NCBI GenBank assembly: GCA_016906335.1
Contig: JADEYG010000001.1
Span: 1,054,001-1,118,000 of the forward strand
Source: Novakomyces olei
Taxonomy: Eukaryota
DNA: 64,000 bases
Direction: 5' to 3'
The notes under the pieces were generated by a model. It ran no database searches and was not told where the DNA came from. It worked only from the letters and a program-made list of their open reading frames with translations. This document shows, in pieces, positions 34,347 through 47,722 of the stretch. Within the stretch, counting starts at the first letter, position 1, and each line of letters starts with the position of its first letter. The translations under genes were made by a program, and so were the position numbers.

Positions 34347-34937
34347 CTACTCGTTGTCTGACTGCCATTGGCGCAACCAAGCAATTATGCGCAAAGTATT
34401 GCTGTGCATCTCGTCTACCGTGTCTGACGATAATTCTACGATAGCTTCTGCAGGAAATGCAGAATGAGCCTCGTCCAAGCAGACCTGCATAATTTCGGCT
34501 TCATTGTTCTCTTCGATTTTTTTCAAGGGATAATGCCTGTTTTCGGTTAGAGTATGTTCTCCACGGGTCACTAGTAAATACCTTTGTTCTAATCTGTCCC
34601 ATAATCGTGTGTGGTCTGTTCGCAAAACAACTACGAGATCAACCAAGTCTGGATCGAAGATATCACAGGCGTGCCAGTCAACAATGCAGCCTCCACGTTG
34701 CAGTTTTGGCTCAATATAATTTAGAAGCGCATCCGTGTCTACGTCATAAGTTTGCCATTCTTCGTCATAGCCCTGATGCAGATCGTGTTCTTTGACCGTA
34801 TCGCCAACGCATATAACGCTCAGCTCAATGCCCGCCTCCTCCAGCGCCGTCTCAGCCAGCAGATTCGCATGTGTGCTTTTGCCAGTGCCTGGAGTGCCAC
34901 AGATGAGTATATTTGGCCGTCGTCGCGAGTCGACCAT
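34347..34937 (-). CDS. FAP7: Adenylate kinase 6 / Fap7; in-frame 45-nt intron 34537-34581
   Basis: PNILICGTPGTGKS, IVDWHACD, ENNEAEIMQV. Confidence 0.92.
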   Translation of the reverse strand: MVDSRRRPNILICGTPGTGKSTHANLLAETALEEAGIELSVICVGDTVKEHDLHQGYDEEWQTYDVDTDALLNYIEPKLQRGGCIVDWHACDIFDPDLVDLVVVLRTDHTRLWDRLEQRYLLVTRGEHTLTENRHYPLKKIEENNEAEIMQVCLDEAHSAFPAEAIVELSSDTVDEMHSNTLRIIAWLRQWQSDNE

Positions 34938-35733
34938 GTTGAAATTATTGAATGCCAATCTGGAGCAATAAATATGAACATGAAATTATTTCGTTTATAG
35001 TGCAAAAATGAAGGAATGGAGAGAAATATATTAAAACTTGACTGTACGAAAAATATTAATAGAATAATTAATCAAAGAGTAAAATATAATATAAAATAAT
35101 ATATAATAGAATATAATGACAAATAAAATAAAATATAAAACAAAAATTTTAGGAAGACCAGACCAGTAATGTGTGCCGCTTCTTTCTTATCACGTAGAAC
35201 TCGCTATTTATATATGAGTTCAGTTCATAATGGGAGAAGTCAAGCCTTTCACGTACAAAATTAAAGCCAAACCCATTAATAAAGATGCCAGGGACAGGGC
35301 GCCAAAGGACACAATTTGTGCAAGACTTCAATTAGCAAATTAATTAATATATTTGGAAGTCTGCATAGTATTGCGCCATTTCCTGTGTTTGCCGCAATTC
35401 CGTCGAATCGTTCGAGCGTATATACAGTGGTGGACGATTCATGCAGCCCTAATATAAACTTTTAAAGAAATGCCAAAGCGCCAATAGTAGTTCCTGCTCA
35501 AAGGAAAACGGGTTAGGTTTAGGGTTAATAGAGCTGTAAGGAATGAATTAAGAGTAGCAGTCAAGAGAGTGACCTGCCATAAATAGATCAGTATATTTAC
35601 TGGTCATTAGCACGAAGCCGCTCGACAATTGCCTTATGAGGAGGCGGTTCCTGACTGGTAACGGGCAATAAATAACGGCCCTACTCCGCTGCTCGACTGT
35701 CCTTCTCAAAATCTGCGCTATGCGTTTATCATA

Positions 35734-37884
35734 ATGCCTTACACAGTTGACGGAGTCGTAATGTGCGGCCCGACGCGCTGGCCCGGCTTTAGTATTCAGC
35801 ATGGATCAAACAGCCCGGAAGACGTTGTGTCTGCGATCCAGAAACGTGGAAAACCTTTGTATCACGAAAGGCACCAGTCGGCTCCACGTCCGATCAAAGA
35901 AACTCTGCACGCCAGCGTTAGCGAGCGCGTGGATGGCCAGCGAATGTTGAATCAGTACATTATCGAATCCACTTTGGGTACCGGTGGGTTTGGCACTGTG
36001 CATCTCGTTCGCGACTCTCAGACGGGCATAGAGTATGCGCTCAAAGAGTTTTCAAAATCGCGTCTGCGGCGTCGAATTTACCTGCATTCTGCCTCAGGCA
36101 AAAGAAGGCAGAGACCGGGCATGCTTACGCGTAGATCGGCTTCCGATATCCACGCGTCTCCCGTCGCTGACAGCTCAGCAGTAGGCGGAGTGCAGGGCAA
36201 TGATTCGCTGTTCTTGTTACGTGGTGAAATTGCAATAATGAAAAAGCTGTCACACCCAAATATCATACAGCTCGAAGAGGCGCTAGATGATCCGGAGAGC
36301 GATAGTATTTACATGGTGCTGGAACTGTGCCGGCGTGGTGTTATTATGAACTGTGGACCCGATATTGTCGTTGAGCCTTTTGCGGAAGGCGAGTGTCGCA
36401 AGTACTTTCGCGAATTGTTACTGGGAATCGAGTACTTACATGCTCAGGGCATTTCGCATCGAGATATAAAGCCAGAAAACCTGCTGCTGACTGAGGATGG
36501 AGTGCTTAAAATATCAGACTTTGGAATCAGCGAGATGTTTACAAAGGACAGGGGCGACCGAATGTCAAAGATGCCAGGGTCGCCGGCGTTTATGGCCCCA
36601 GAGTTCCTTAGCCCACGCAAGGCAGAAGTTTCTGGTCGCCGTACTGATATATGGGCCATGGGCGTCACATTGTTTTGTCTACGCTTCGGCCGACTGCCTT
36701 TTAACCATGATAATGTGCTCTTGCTGTACGACAGTATACGTAACGATGCGGTTGAATTACCCTCAGATACAGACGAACGGTTTGTCAATTTAATGCAACG
36801 GATTCTGGCCAAGGATCCAGAGGACCGTATCACTATTCCTGAGCTGCGCGAGCACCCATGGGTCACTGACAGCGGGAACGAGCCGCTCGTTTCTCCCGAG
36901 GAAAATAACAGTGTTGCCCCGGTAACTGTTTCCAAACAGGAAATGAGTATTGCCTTTAAGAATGTGCGTCAATTTATTACCGTTTTAAAGGCAGTTTCAC
37001 TGCTCAAAGGTATGCGACAGCGTCGTAAGCCTTCTGATGAAGCGACTGCTGCTGCTGCTGCAAGTCCTGTGAACGATCAGAGCGGCTCTATAACATTATC
37101 AGGCACGCCTCCTCCGCCTTCCTCGGCCAATGTACCGAGGTCAGCACAAAGCGGTCTTTCCGGTCAAGAAGGTCTCTCCTTCCTGCGGCAACCATCAGTT
37201 CCTGAAGACAATAGAGAATTTTCTTGGAGGTCATTGCCAATGAGACAAGAGACGCTGGATTTAGATGCGTGGACGAATTCTTTGCTTGATCTAGGTCGGC
37301 CTACAGCGGCCATTGATATTCCACGAGACGAAGATTATGCACGACAATCACCAGGGCTCTGGGGAAGTGATCGGGGCAGTAATAGTCCGAGTGCGAGCAG
37401 TGTAAACACACCGCAAAGGAGGCATACTACGGATGAGAATAGCGGATCAGCAACAGCAACTAATACTACGACTACCACAGCAGAGCAAGCAGGTAATATC
37501 GAGGGTATCACGAGCGAGGAAGTAGGCAATTTGCTCTTTAAAAGCTCTTCTTTATCAGCATTGCCCGTGGCTGCTGTCGATGGAAGCGATGCGGGTAACA
37601 AGGCAAATGCTGAATTGGACGGGAATCTTTTAGGATCAGTGCTGCAAGAAAGCCCTCGACTTGCAGAAAATGACGTGTTTCTCGATGCTTTCCAACAGCA
37701 CGTAGACGCTTTCAATTCAGGTGCTGGGAAGGAGCCTCGACCTTTAGGCAGCCAGACTGTATATAGCAACTGGCACGTTGAATCGGCCCTTGGACGGCCG
37801 CTGACGAACGAGGCGGGTAAGCTTGAACGTGAGCGAAAAAATAAAGTGCTTGATCGTGAAAGGCTGAGGTCGCAGCTTATTTGA
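35734..37884 (+). CDS. CaMKK-family Ser/Thr kinase
   Basis: LGTGGFGTV, basic insert after ALK, HRDIKPEN, DFG, GSPAFMAPE; start codon uncertain. Confidence 0.9.
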   Translation: MPYTVDGVVMCGPTRWPGFSIQHGSNSPEDVVSAIQKRGKPLYHERHQSAPRPIKETLHASVSERVDGQRMLNQYIIESTLGTGGFGTVHLVRDSQTGIEYALKEFSKSRLRRRIYLHSASGKRRQRPGMLTRRSASDIHASPVADSSAVGGVQGNDSLFLLRGEIAIMKKLSHPNIIQLEEALDDPESDSIYMVLELCRRGVIMNCGPDIVVEPFAEGECRKYFRELLLGIEYLHAQGISHRDIKPENLLLTEDGVLKISDFGISEMFTKDRGDRMSKMPGSPAFMAPEFLSPRKAEVSGRRTDIWAMGVTLFCLRFGRLPFNHDNVLLLYDSIRNDAVELPSDTDERFVNLMQRILAKDPEDRITIPELREHPWVTDSGNEPLVSPEENNSVAPVTVSKQEMSIAFKNVRQFITVLKAVSLLKGMRQRRKPSDEATAAAAASPVNDQSGSITLSGTPPPPSSANVPRSAQSGLSGQEGLSFLRQPSVPEDNREFSWRSLPMRQETLDLDAWTNSLLDLGRPTAAIDIPRDEDYARQSPGLWGSDRGSNSPSASSVNTPQRRHTTDENSGSATATNTTTTTAEQAGNIEGITSEEVGNLLFKSSSLSALPVAAVDGSDAGNKANAELDGNLLGSVLQESPRLAENDVFLDAFQQHVDAFNSGAGKEPRPLGSQTVYSNWHVESALGRPLTNEAGKLERERKNKVLDRERLRSQLI

Positions 37885-39026
37885 GTATTTACGTCGACTA
37901 CCATATCATCCAGTATTTTGCAAATGACTCTAATGTTTGGGCTTCATCGATATATATTTTTTTTTAAAATTCATTTACTGAATTATCATTCATTTATTAT
38001 TTTCCATACGGGTCCAATTATTTACAATCAATCATTTATCCGTGTTTATTACGTTTTGTTTCATAAAGTCGTTATGGAAAAGTTTCCTTTATTATGTTTA
38101 GCGGGCTATTACTTTGAGCGTGTATTTTATGGAGTATGTGCTTGATCGATTTCTGCGTTTGCAGCGATGTGTAGAAATATCAATAGGCGAGTGTAATCCA
38201 AAAATTTAACCAAAATTCACAAAACCTTTAACCAAAATTTAATCAAAAATTTAACCAAAATACAGCCCGACTGCAGCCCGTCTCCCGTCGGCACAGTCGT
38301 CCGGCCAACTGGCTATCAGTTCCTCCGGAGCAAGGCTAGTCATGAACCGCGCGGAGGGTACTTTTCCCCGTGCTGGTCACAGGTACACCATTCGCTCTTG
38401 TCAATACTGTCCATGACCTGGGGAATATGCAACCCACAGCCCCACCATGTGGCGCCGGCTAGCTGATTAGATTCGACGCGAATAATCTTCTTTACCGCAC
38501 TGCGAGCAAGTGACTCTTTTACACATTGATAGGCAGGAAAATTTGTGATAAGATACCAGAATGTAGACTTGACATTTATTATAAACATTCTATTTTTACA
38601 ATTTATTTTATACAGTTATATACGTCTTTTATACAATTTGCTGAATTATCAATATTATTGTTAAGTCGAGCGGTCGATATTGACTGTCTGACTGTAGTAA
38701 AAATGGTAAAGGTCCCCGAGTCTCAGAGGCGCTGTCAGGGATATATAAATTATTCAATACTAGATCTGGTAATGACATAATATAGGATTTGGCGGAGATT
38801 TCAGTGAGTAATGTAGACAGAATTATCCATCTAGAGACAGAATTGTTTCAAAGAAATATGGTTAAATATTTTATACATTTTATTTGTAAATATTTTATTA
38901 TAAACATTTCCATTTTATCCATTTTTATTATAAACACAGTGCTCAATTATTATTGGTATATCTGTGAGACAGCGGCTATATAGGCGAATATATAGGCAAA
39001 ACATATAGCCAAACTCTATTACGATT

Positions 39027-40139
39027 GTGCCGTCTTTTGCCGCAATGTACGCGCAGCGGCACACGGGTACGCAATGGCCAAAGCCGCAGTCAAACAATAA
39101 CAATAACATTGCCACTTCCGCGCCGCAGTTTTCTGACAGAGCCAACTCGTCGTCGACGTCATCGTGGATGCAGGTTGCCGCGTTTGATCCTGGATCGGGC
39201 GGTCGAGTGGCAGCAGAGACGGCATTGAACCAGAGCCACGATCTCTTGTTCCCTCAGCACGATGGATCCGGCAGTTTTGCTCCTCAAAGAGCAGCGGCAG
39301 TTGACGAGGAAAGGGAAAAGGCAGGCGATGACGTACAAGTCTGGTCAGTGGCGAGCGAGTCGACACTCTCGCTGGACGGAGTCTTGGACGAGGAGGCAGA
39401 GGCGGAGGGCAGCAGTGGCGCAATCGGAGTCGGAGTCGGCAATACCTCTGACAGAAGCGGCAGAGCTGCCGCTGTGCCCGATGAAAAAACAAAAAGAATC
39501 CACCGTTGGCGGATCCAACAGTCGCAGCTTGTATCGTCGCTGCAGCGCGAGGAGGCAGAGCAGCAGCGCCGGCACTCGTCCGCTCCCAGCGCTGCCTGTG
39601 GCTCTGGGCACAGAGCCATGAAGCACCTGTTTTACGGCCTGTTTGGCCTGAATGATGCAATACTCAATATCCTGCTGGGCGAGACGTTTGTCGACGAAGG
39701 GCAGTCGGCTTCTGGCTCTGGCAGTGGAAGTGGCAGTGTTGTAGGTACGAGTCACGAGTCCTCGGGCGATGTTCACGTCGAGGCGGTTGCCCGGCACAGT
39801 CAGAGTCTAGAACTGCCCTTGTTCTACGAGATTGTAAGGGGGTTCTTTATGGCTACGGATGATAGTGTTGGGAGCGGAGTGAGCGATAATTTCTTGGCTC
39901 AGAGCAGCAGCGGAGGGAGCCAGGCCAGATACAATGCCCCACATGCCTCGGGCGGGGCGGCGGCGGCCGGCTTGACTTGCACTACTCTCTCGTCATCGGC
40001 ATTTGCTACACAAACAACCGATATTGAGCTGCTTGGGTTCCGGAGCACTGAAAGCGTCGCTGGCCGACGGCATTTCTGGGAGTCTTCTTGGAGCGGTCAC
40101 AGCATTCCTGTCGGCGGCGGCAGCTTTCTCGATATTTAA
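39027..40139 (+). CDS. Hypothetical low-complexity protein
   Basis: 370-aa GC-rich ORF between AT-rich flanks; no motif recognised. Confidence 0.6.
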   Translation: MPSFAAMYAQRHTGTQWPKPQSNNNNNIATSAPQFSDRANSSSTSSWMQVAAFDPGSGGRVAAETALNQSHDLLFPQHDGSGSFAPQRAAAVDEEREKAGDDVQVWSVASESTLSLDGVLDEEAEAEGSSGAIGVGVGNTSDRSGRAAAVPDEKTKRIHRWRIQQSQLVSSLQREEAEQQRRHSSAPSAACGSGHRAMKHLFYGLFGLNDAILNILLGETFVDEGQSASGSGSGSGSVVGTSHESSGDVHVEAVARHSQSLELPLFYEIVRGFFMATDDSVGSGVSDNFLAQSSSGGSQARYNAPHASGGAAAAGLTCTTLSSSAFATQTTDIELLGFRSTESVAGRRHFWESSWSGHSIPVGGGSFLDI

Positions 40140-40614
40140 AGCTGGGGGCCGTACATTTGGTGGAGCCGGTAGTTTGGAACCGGTACCGCGATTGCCATAA
40201 TTATTGGGTTGGTGCAGAATTAGCGTGGATGGTTTGTTTTAGGGTTAGGATTGTTTGTTGGTCTTTGTTAGGGTTAGGGTTAGTTGGGGTTATTGGATAT
40301 TGGATTACGCTTGGCTTGAAAGCCGTTGCATACCCACAGACGGCTAAGGCAATCTGTTTGCGCGCGCGCGCAAGTGCAAGGGTCGGTCGTCAAGGGGCAC
40401 AAGGCATACTGAATAGGTCGTAATATACCCAGGAAATTGGGTGGTAATGATAGCGATACATTTGACGGGCATGTCAGAGGATTTAATGTCAAGGGCTATC
40501 GCGCTACTCTGTCTCGCCTGGAATAACAATATATATCATTATTAGCAAAGACTCCAACACATGCTTCCATCTATCCGCAACACTCGTTTAAGCTGAAAAT
40601 GCCAGTAAGCCGAG

Positions 40615-42629
40615 TCAAATCTGGGTAGCAAAAACCGACAGCAGTTCTGTCGCAGGCGGCCGATCTTTGTCTGACAAAAAGGTCATCATTTTATCAAAAC
40701 ACCCTTGTCGCAATCTATGAACTGTACTTTCGAGCCCATCACTGGCGTCGCCATAAACTATGGGATCACCAATCAGTTCTCTGTGCAATAGCAATGTGAG
40801 CCGATGCTCAAACTGCTCAGGATCTTTTATGGCTAAAGGTGTCAAGTTGCTCCGAAGGTAGCGCAGTGCTTCAATTGGACTCGCCGTTAGACAAACTTCT
40901 CGAACCTTCAGTTCGTGCAAGAGCCAGAGCACTTGCCGAGCAGCATCTTGCTCCGTCTTTTCGTGTACTCTTAGTTCCCACATCCCATCAAGTTTACGAT
41001 TAGCCTGCTCGTGCAGAGAACTGGATTGTTTTGGACAGGAGCTGCCCCCAAACATATAATACGAATCTGAAAGGGCACTGTACACAAAGCTGTGTGCATA
41101 GCGCGCACAAGGCAAAGGCATTGCAGCTGGATTGCTTGATTTTATTCGCTCAAATTGGCTCAGTGCTAAATCAAAGGACCAAACTGCGTCTGTTACTTGT
41201 TCAATCCCACGTTCGTCCAGAGTCAGTCCGTGAGTAAGTACGGCCCCAGTTCCGGGGCCTTTTACTCCTCTTTGGCCAAACGATACTGTCGGCATCGTTG
41301 CTTCTTGCTGTTGACCATCGTCGTTTGCTCCCAAATCATGTTGCTCCCTTGTCAGTAGAGGAGCATCGTCCAAGTACTCGATAATGTTGGCGGGTATGTT
41401 ATATTTTAGGACTGAGGAGGCATAATGACGGTGGCACTTACCTCCCAAAAGAACAACAGAATCATTGTCCTGGTCGTGTATAGCAACGTGGCCAGAGACA
41501 CCGGCAAAAGGCTCTTCTCTGCCTTTAACTATCGGCCTCAACCTCTGCCAGCGGCCTGTTTCTGTATCAAATATCGAGACAAAAGGACTCGGTTCGAGTC
41601 CGGCTGTCAGGTGTCGACTATCTGCCGCTGATATTTTCATTTCTCGTCCTCCAAAGACCAGGATCTGCCGTCTACTGCGATCATAGATCATTGCATGATC
41701 GTATAGTGGATAGTGTTGTTCTTTTCCCCCCTTTTCATTGGCAAATTGCCTCGGGAATCGGGTCCATTGGTTTTGCGTTATGTCATACTTGAAAATAGCA
41801 TCCGCAGAGTAATTAGCATCCGCAGAGTAATGCGAGGGATATCGTGATGAATAATCATTTTCGTTTATTGCTGCTTGAGTATCTGAATCACCCAATGTTT
41901 CTGGACTGGTGGCACTTTTACCTGGACGAGGCCAAAGCGATTGATCATCGTATCCTCCATAGACCCAGAGGCAATTAAGTACTTGATCAAACACCATCTT
42001 GTGACATCCAACTGGCCCTGGGCCGGGGCCTGGTCCCGTGGGCTCCAGTCGCAGCCATTTGCGACGTTTAATGGAAAACTTCCATAAATCATCGAGGTTA
42101 CTGTCGCCATCAAAGCCCCCATACAGGTAAATGTTATGACCCGCAGAGTCTGAACACGTTTGGTGAGCTGAACGTGCTGATGGGCCAATCACATCGAGTC
42201 TTTTCCACGTACATGTCCGAGGCTGCATTGAGGCCCAAGAGCTAAAAGCTCCGTCTCGTAACATTTCTTGTAAATTTGCTTCAGCTGCTATGAAGTTGCC
42301 TTTGTCTATAATGAAGGAATGAAGCATTTGCGTACGCGGACTCGCGACTATTGGCTCGTAAGCGGCGGCAATAGCACGAGCTAAATCGAGCCGCTTGCGT
42401 TTCCTGGCAAACTGATATACTACCGTCATTGCATGCTGCTCCAGCTTGTTTGAAAATTCGTCCAGTTGAGAGGGCGAGAGCCGATGCCCGAACAGTCTAA
42501 CATGCCAAACCTTTTATTGTTAGAATTTGGCTATGATTGAAATATTAATAATAGGCAGTGGGGCTGGTTTTGAGAATGATTGCTGTAGAGAGGTAAGGGC
42601 AACGGCAAAAGTTGAACAAAAGCGATGCA

Positions 42630-42728
<99 letters not shown>

Positions 42729-43465
42729 ATAGATAGATAAATGAATAAATAAATAAATAGTTGGTCAATTATTTTTAATGACAACTCCTACTCATCACTT
42801 AAAATAAATTAAATAATATAATAAAAACTTTCTGTAAATTACGCTTGACAAATAATGAAACTGCAGACAATTCATACCGCATAGTTAAAATCAGGATGTG
42901 CTGATTGTATTGGACAAATTTTAAGATAGCGAACGGGTATAGTATCGCACAGTGCTTGGCTGCGACATCTTAAACGGAACCGCTCGCTGTAGCGGTTGTT
43001 CTTCAAGCCGCTGTGTAAAAGCGGAACCCAAATTTCTTTGTCGAACGATCCAAAAATTTTAAACCTGCAGCATCGATTAGTACGGCAAACTATCAAGATG
43101 CGCATTCTGTGATTGGTTCCAGTCTCTTTTATCACTATTTTTAAAAGGCTTACTCTTTCAGATTACAAACATGTTCTTTGCAAAACTTTCCAAACTCGAT
43201 CGTTTCCACCTAATATTAGATTTGCAGCCAAAGTGATCTATCTTACGTCGCAAGCAGCAGAGAGCCGCAGAATGATCCACTGCGAAATACCCAACGGAAA
43301 TTTACTGCAGCACCAGCGACTAGACTCATCCGTAGGCCGATCATATAGAATATTCTCCCCGACAAATTTGCCTTCGTGTGAAGAAACGCTGTCTATTGTA
43401 TAACTTAAAGCCGAACAGTCGATAGTTTTGTGTTTCATTGCTGCAGTGCTTGGCCACAGTTCCAT
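40615..43465 (-). CDS. Muskelin-like protein (discoidin-like N-domain, kelch repeats), multi-exon
   Basis: ENILYDRPTDESSRW, HVCNLK, LHSGLKNN, YLKICP; kelch GG repeats (YLYGGFDG, PCARYAH). Confidence 0.82.
42629..42759. repeat. (TAAA)n microsatellite in a muskelin intron
   Basis: Direct observation. Confidence 0.95.
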
Positions 43466-44080
43466 TTGATGGATTGCGGCCTTTTGTGACGCATGTGACC
43501 CATAGATATACCTGTTTGGGTGTTGGAGTTAATTTATTGGTGATTTTATTCAGGAGATAATTATTATATTTAATAATTGAAAAGTTTAGGGTTAGGGTTC
43601 TCTCGAGTTTGAGCAAAGGTAATGATTTGAATAAGTCTGGTGAAGCACTTTGTCGCTGCTCTCTTGCGATCTAACTTTACTTGAGCTTTAAAGTCATCTA
43701 TGATCATGCTATGCTATTGTTTCTGTCGCGCGCATTATACACCGTTTCTGTGTATTCTTGTCGACTACTTTTTCATCTTTTACTAAGGCAACTTTAATCA
43801 AATAGCTTTAAATTCGGTATACAGGTGATGAAAACTGTATGCGATACAAATTTGTTTGATTGCAATTCACGAAATTAAACTCCAAATGGCCTTTATCTTT
43901 GTTGATCCGGGCTTATCTATATGCGCAATTCGCATGATCCAAGATCTAGTTTATGCTGCAATTTCAAAAGCTGCCGTTTTCCACTTTGTAATTTCAGCCT
44001 TTTTATGTACTATAGATATTATTGAATAAAATAAAATAAAATAAAATAAAATAAAATAAATACAATCTGTTCAAGCACAA

Positions 44081-47000
44081 ATGTCGCTGGAGGAATGGGT
44101 CTCTGGGAGATGCATAAAGGCAAGTTTAAAGCCATTACAAACGTTCTAACAATCCAGATTCTAGGCGGCTATGAGGCGACTATAGTAGACTATGTCTTGG
44201 CCGAGGCAGAAAGTGCCAAATCCATATCGGCTTTGGCGTCTGCCCTGGAGGCGGCAGGGTTCCCCGACACAGGCGAGGCCAAGGATTTTGTGACTGAATT
44301 ATACAAACGCAAACATGGGAGCAGTAGTAACAAGTCCTTACTATCAACGGAACAACGGGCGCGTGCTCAACGGCAGTCTGAAGCTGAGGAAAAACAGCAG
44401 CAGTTGAAGGCCAGTAGAAGGTACCATATGGTAGAGGATGATACTCCTCAGGCAGCAGCGCCAGCTTCAGCAAGGCAAGGACCGCGATCGCGATCTCAGA
44501 TTGTACGTCATTCTCACGATCAAGATGAATGGGCAAACGATGAAGAACAGGATCGTGTTACTAAACGGCCTCGGCGCAGTTCTCGATCTGATTCAGACGG
44601 TGGAAATAATAATCATAATCATAATAATGACGATAATAAGAATAATGATAGTGAAAACGGCAGTATAGTAAAGCCTCTCTCGGCAGAAGAAGCGCGTGAA
44701 CTCGAACGCGAACGTGATTTGGCAGAGAGGGACGCATTTGCAGAGAGAATGCGTCAGCGTGATTCGCGGGATACACGTTCTTTGGCTAAAGGGGGCGAAG
44801 CATCCAATCGAGGCAAAGCGGATGACGCAGATACCAAACGGGCGCTGCCTTCTCTGCGTGAACGATCAAGGCAGGAGTACCTGGCTCGACGTGAACAGCA
44901 GCAAATTCTTCTTTTGAGGCAGGAAATAGCTGATGAAGAAGCTCTTTTTGCAGGGGAAAAATTGACGAAAAAAGAACGCGAGTCACTCGAACGTAAGCGG
45001 CAAGTTTTACGGTTGGCGGAAGAGCGAATGAGCATTGATGACAGTGCCGATGGCTATACTTTACCGGAAGATTACTTTACTGAGCAGGGCAAAATTGACA
45101 AGAAGCGGAGGGAGGCGGTACTGTATCAGCGCTATCAGGACAGGGACAAGGAGGAAGCGCGGCTGCCTCAGGCTAAGGCTAATGGAGGCAGAGTCTTGAC
45201 TGAGCAGGAGCAGTGGGAGGCAGAGCAGACAGCTAAAGCTCAATTGCCTGCGGCCACGAGAAGGCAAGAGCAATCCCAGGAAGCAGATGAATGGGAGTAT
45301 GTGTTTGACGAGTCACAGCAAATAGCTTTTGTACTTGAATCCCAACAGAAAAGCATGGGCGAACCTCAGTCTGCCATGCAAGCAGAGCTGGACCAGGCTG
45401 AGCGTAAAGCCGCCAGCATCGAAGAGGTTCGCAAGTCACTGCCCGTCTATCAGTACAGGGACCAGCTTCTTGCAGCCATTCAGGAGTACCAAGTGCTAAT
45501 TGTCGTTGGGGAAACCGGGTCGGGAAAGACTACACAGATCCCACAGTACCTTCACGAGGCTGGGTACACTCAGACTGCGGGTGCCGATGGCAAAACTGCC
45601 GTCCGTAAAGTCGGATGCACTCAGCCTCGCCGGGTAGCGGCCATGTCAGTAGCGGCTCGAGTAGCCGAGGAGATGGGGACGCGAGTGGGTCAGCGGGTCG
45701 GGTACTCGATCCGATTTGAGGATGCTACGAGCGATTCTACTGTGATAAAGTACATGACAGACGGGATGCTGCTGCGAGAGTTTCTCACTGAACCTGATCT
45801 GGCCAGCTATAGTGCGATTATTATAGACGAGGCACATGAAAGGACCCTGCACACAGACATTTTGTTTGGGCTGGTCAAGGACATTGCCCGATTCCGTCCG
45901 GATTTAAAGCTGATTATATCCTCAGCGACAATGGACGCGCAAAAATTTGCAGAGTACTTTGACGATGCGCCCATTTTCAATGTGCCAGGGCGAAGGTTCC
46001 CTGTGGATATTCACTATACTCCTCAGCCAGAGGCAAACTACCTGCACGCGGCAATTACAACAATCTTTCAGATTCACACTACGCAGCCAGCCGGTGGAGA
46101 TATATTGCTTTTCCTCACAGGCCAAGACGAAATCGATGCGGCTGCGGAAAACTTGCAGGAGACCTGTCGTCGACTGGGCAGTAAGATTAGGGAAATGGTT
46201 ATTTGCCCCATCTACGCTAATCTGCCCTCTGAATTACAGGCTAAAATATTCGAGCCCACTCCGCCGGGAGCGAGAAAGGTTGTGCTGGCTACAAATATTG
46301 CGGAAACCTCAATTACTATTGACGGCATCTCTTTTGTTATTGATCCAGGGTTCGTTAAAGAAAATGTTTACAATGCCCGGTCTGGTATGGAGAGCCTGGT
46401 GATTTCGCCTTGCTCTCGTGCTAGTGCGAACCAGCGGGCCGGTCGGGCCGGTCGGGTCGGGCCGGGGCGATGTTTCCGGCTTTACACGCGATGGGCCTTT
46501 TACAACGAGTTGGATGAAAACACTGTCCCCGAGATACAAAGGTGCAATTTAAGCAGTGTCGTTTTGCTGCTTAAATCCCTGGGAATAAACGACCTGATGG
46601 AGTTTGATTTCCTCGACCGTCCGCCGGCTCAAACGCTGGTTAGAGCGCTTGATGAATTATACGCTTTAGGCGCTCTTAATGATAGAGGAGAACTGACCAA
46701 GACGGGGCGGCAAATGGCCGAATTCCCAACGGCTCCGAGTGTGGGCAAAGCGCTATTAGCAGCCGGGCGATATGGATGTGTTGAGCAGGTACTGTCGGTT
46801 ATAAGCATGCTGGGCGAATCAGCTCAGCTTTTTTACCGTCCAAAGGAAAGGCAGCTGTATGCCGATCAAGCAAGGCAGACTTTTACTCGGCCCGGTGGAG
46901 ATCACATGACACTGCTGCAGGTCTGGAACGAGTGGGTGGACACCGGGTACTCTTACGCCTGGTGCCGGGAAATGTACATTCAGCCTCGAAGCCTTAATAG

Positions 47001-47394
47001 AGCTCGGGATGTACGCGACCAGCTGGCCCGGCTCTGTGAGCGGGTCGAGCTGCCTTTGTCTCACGTGGACAATAACGAAATCGAACCTGTGCAAAAGGCA
47101 ATCGCTGCCGGGTTCTTTTTCAATGCTGCCAGGCTTAGTCGGAGTGGCGATTCTTACCGTACCGTCAAGACGGGGCAAACGGTTTATATTCACCCGAGCT
47201 CTGTCCTGTTTGAACGGAACCCGAAATGGATCTTGTACTATGAACTAGTGCTTACGAGTAAGGAGTACTGCCGCCAAGTTATGGAGCTGAAACCGGATTG
47301 GCTCGTTGAAGTGAGCCCTCACTACTACAAACAATCGGACCTGGACGCATTGGAGGATGGGAAACGTAAGGGGAAAGCGTTGGCTAGCGTGTAA
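44081..47394 (+). CDS. PRP2: DEAH-box splicing helicase DHX16/Prp2/Cdc28; GC-AG intron 44120-44157
   Basis: GETGSGKTTQ, DEAHER, ILFGLVKDIARFRPDLK, QRAGRAGRVGPG. Confidence 0.93.
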
Positions 47395-47722
47395 ATAGGA
47401 CAGGATGAAACAAAAGTAAAACGAGTCAAAACCTAAAGTGCTGGAAATAGGGGTATAAAACCTGTAGAGTTTGGAATTGGAATACTAAAATGAAATAATA
47501 GTAAAAGGTGTGAAATACAGTAGAAAATGAGGAGAATATGGTGGAGTACAACAGTCGACTAATTGCTAAGTAATCACAAATTTAAAATCTAATTAATGTA
47601 TGGACAGCGAATTTGTATGCCATATCTATTTTCATTTGTACACACTCATTCTATTTGTGCTAACCCTGATAGATAAACTGGTGTCAGGGTTAGGGTTAAT
47701 AATTACAATAATTGACAGAGGC

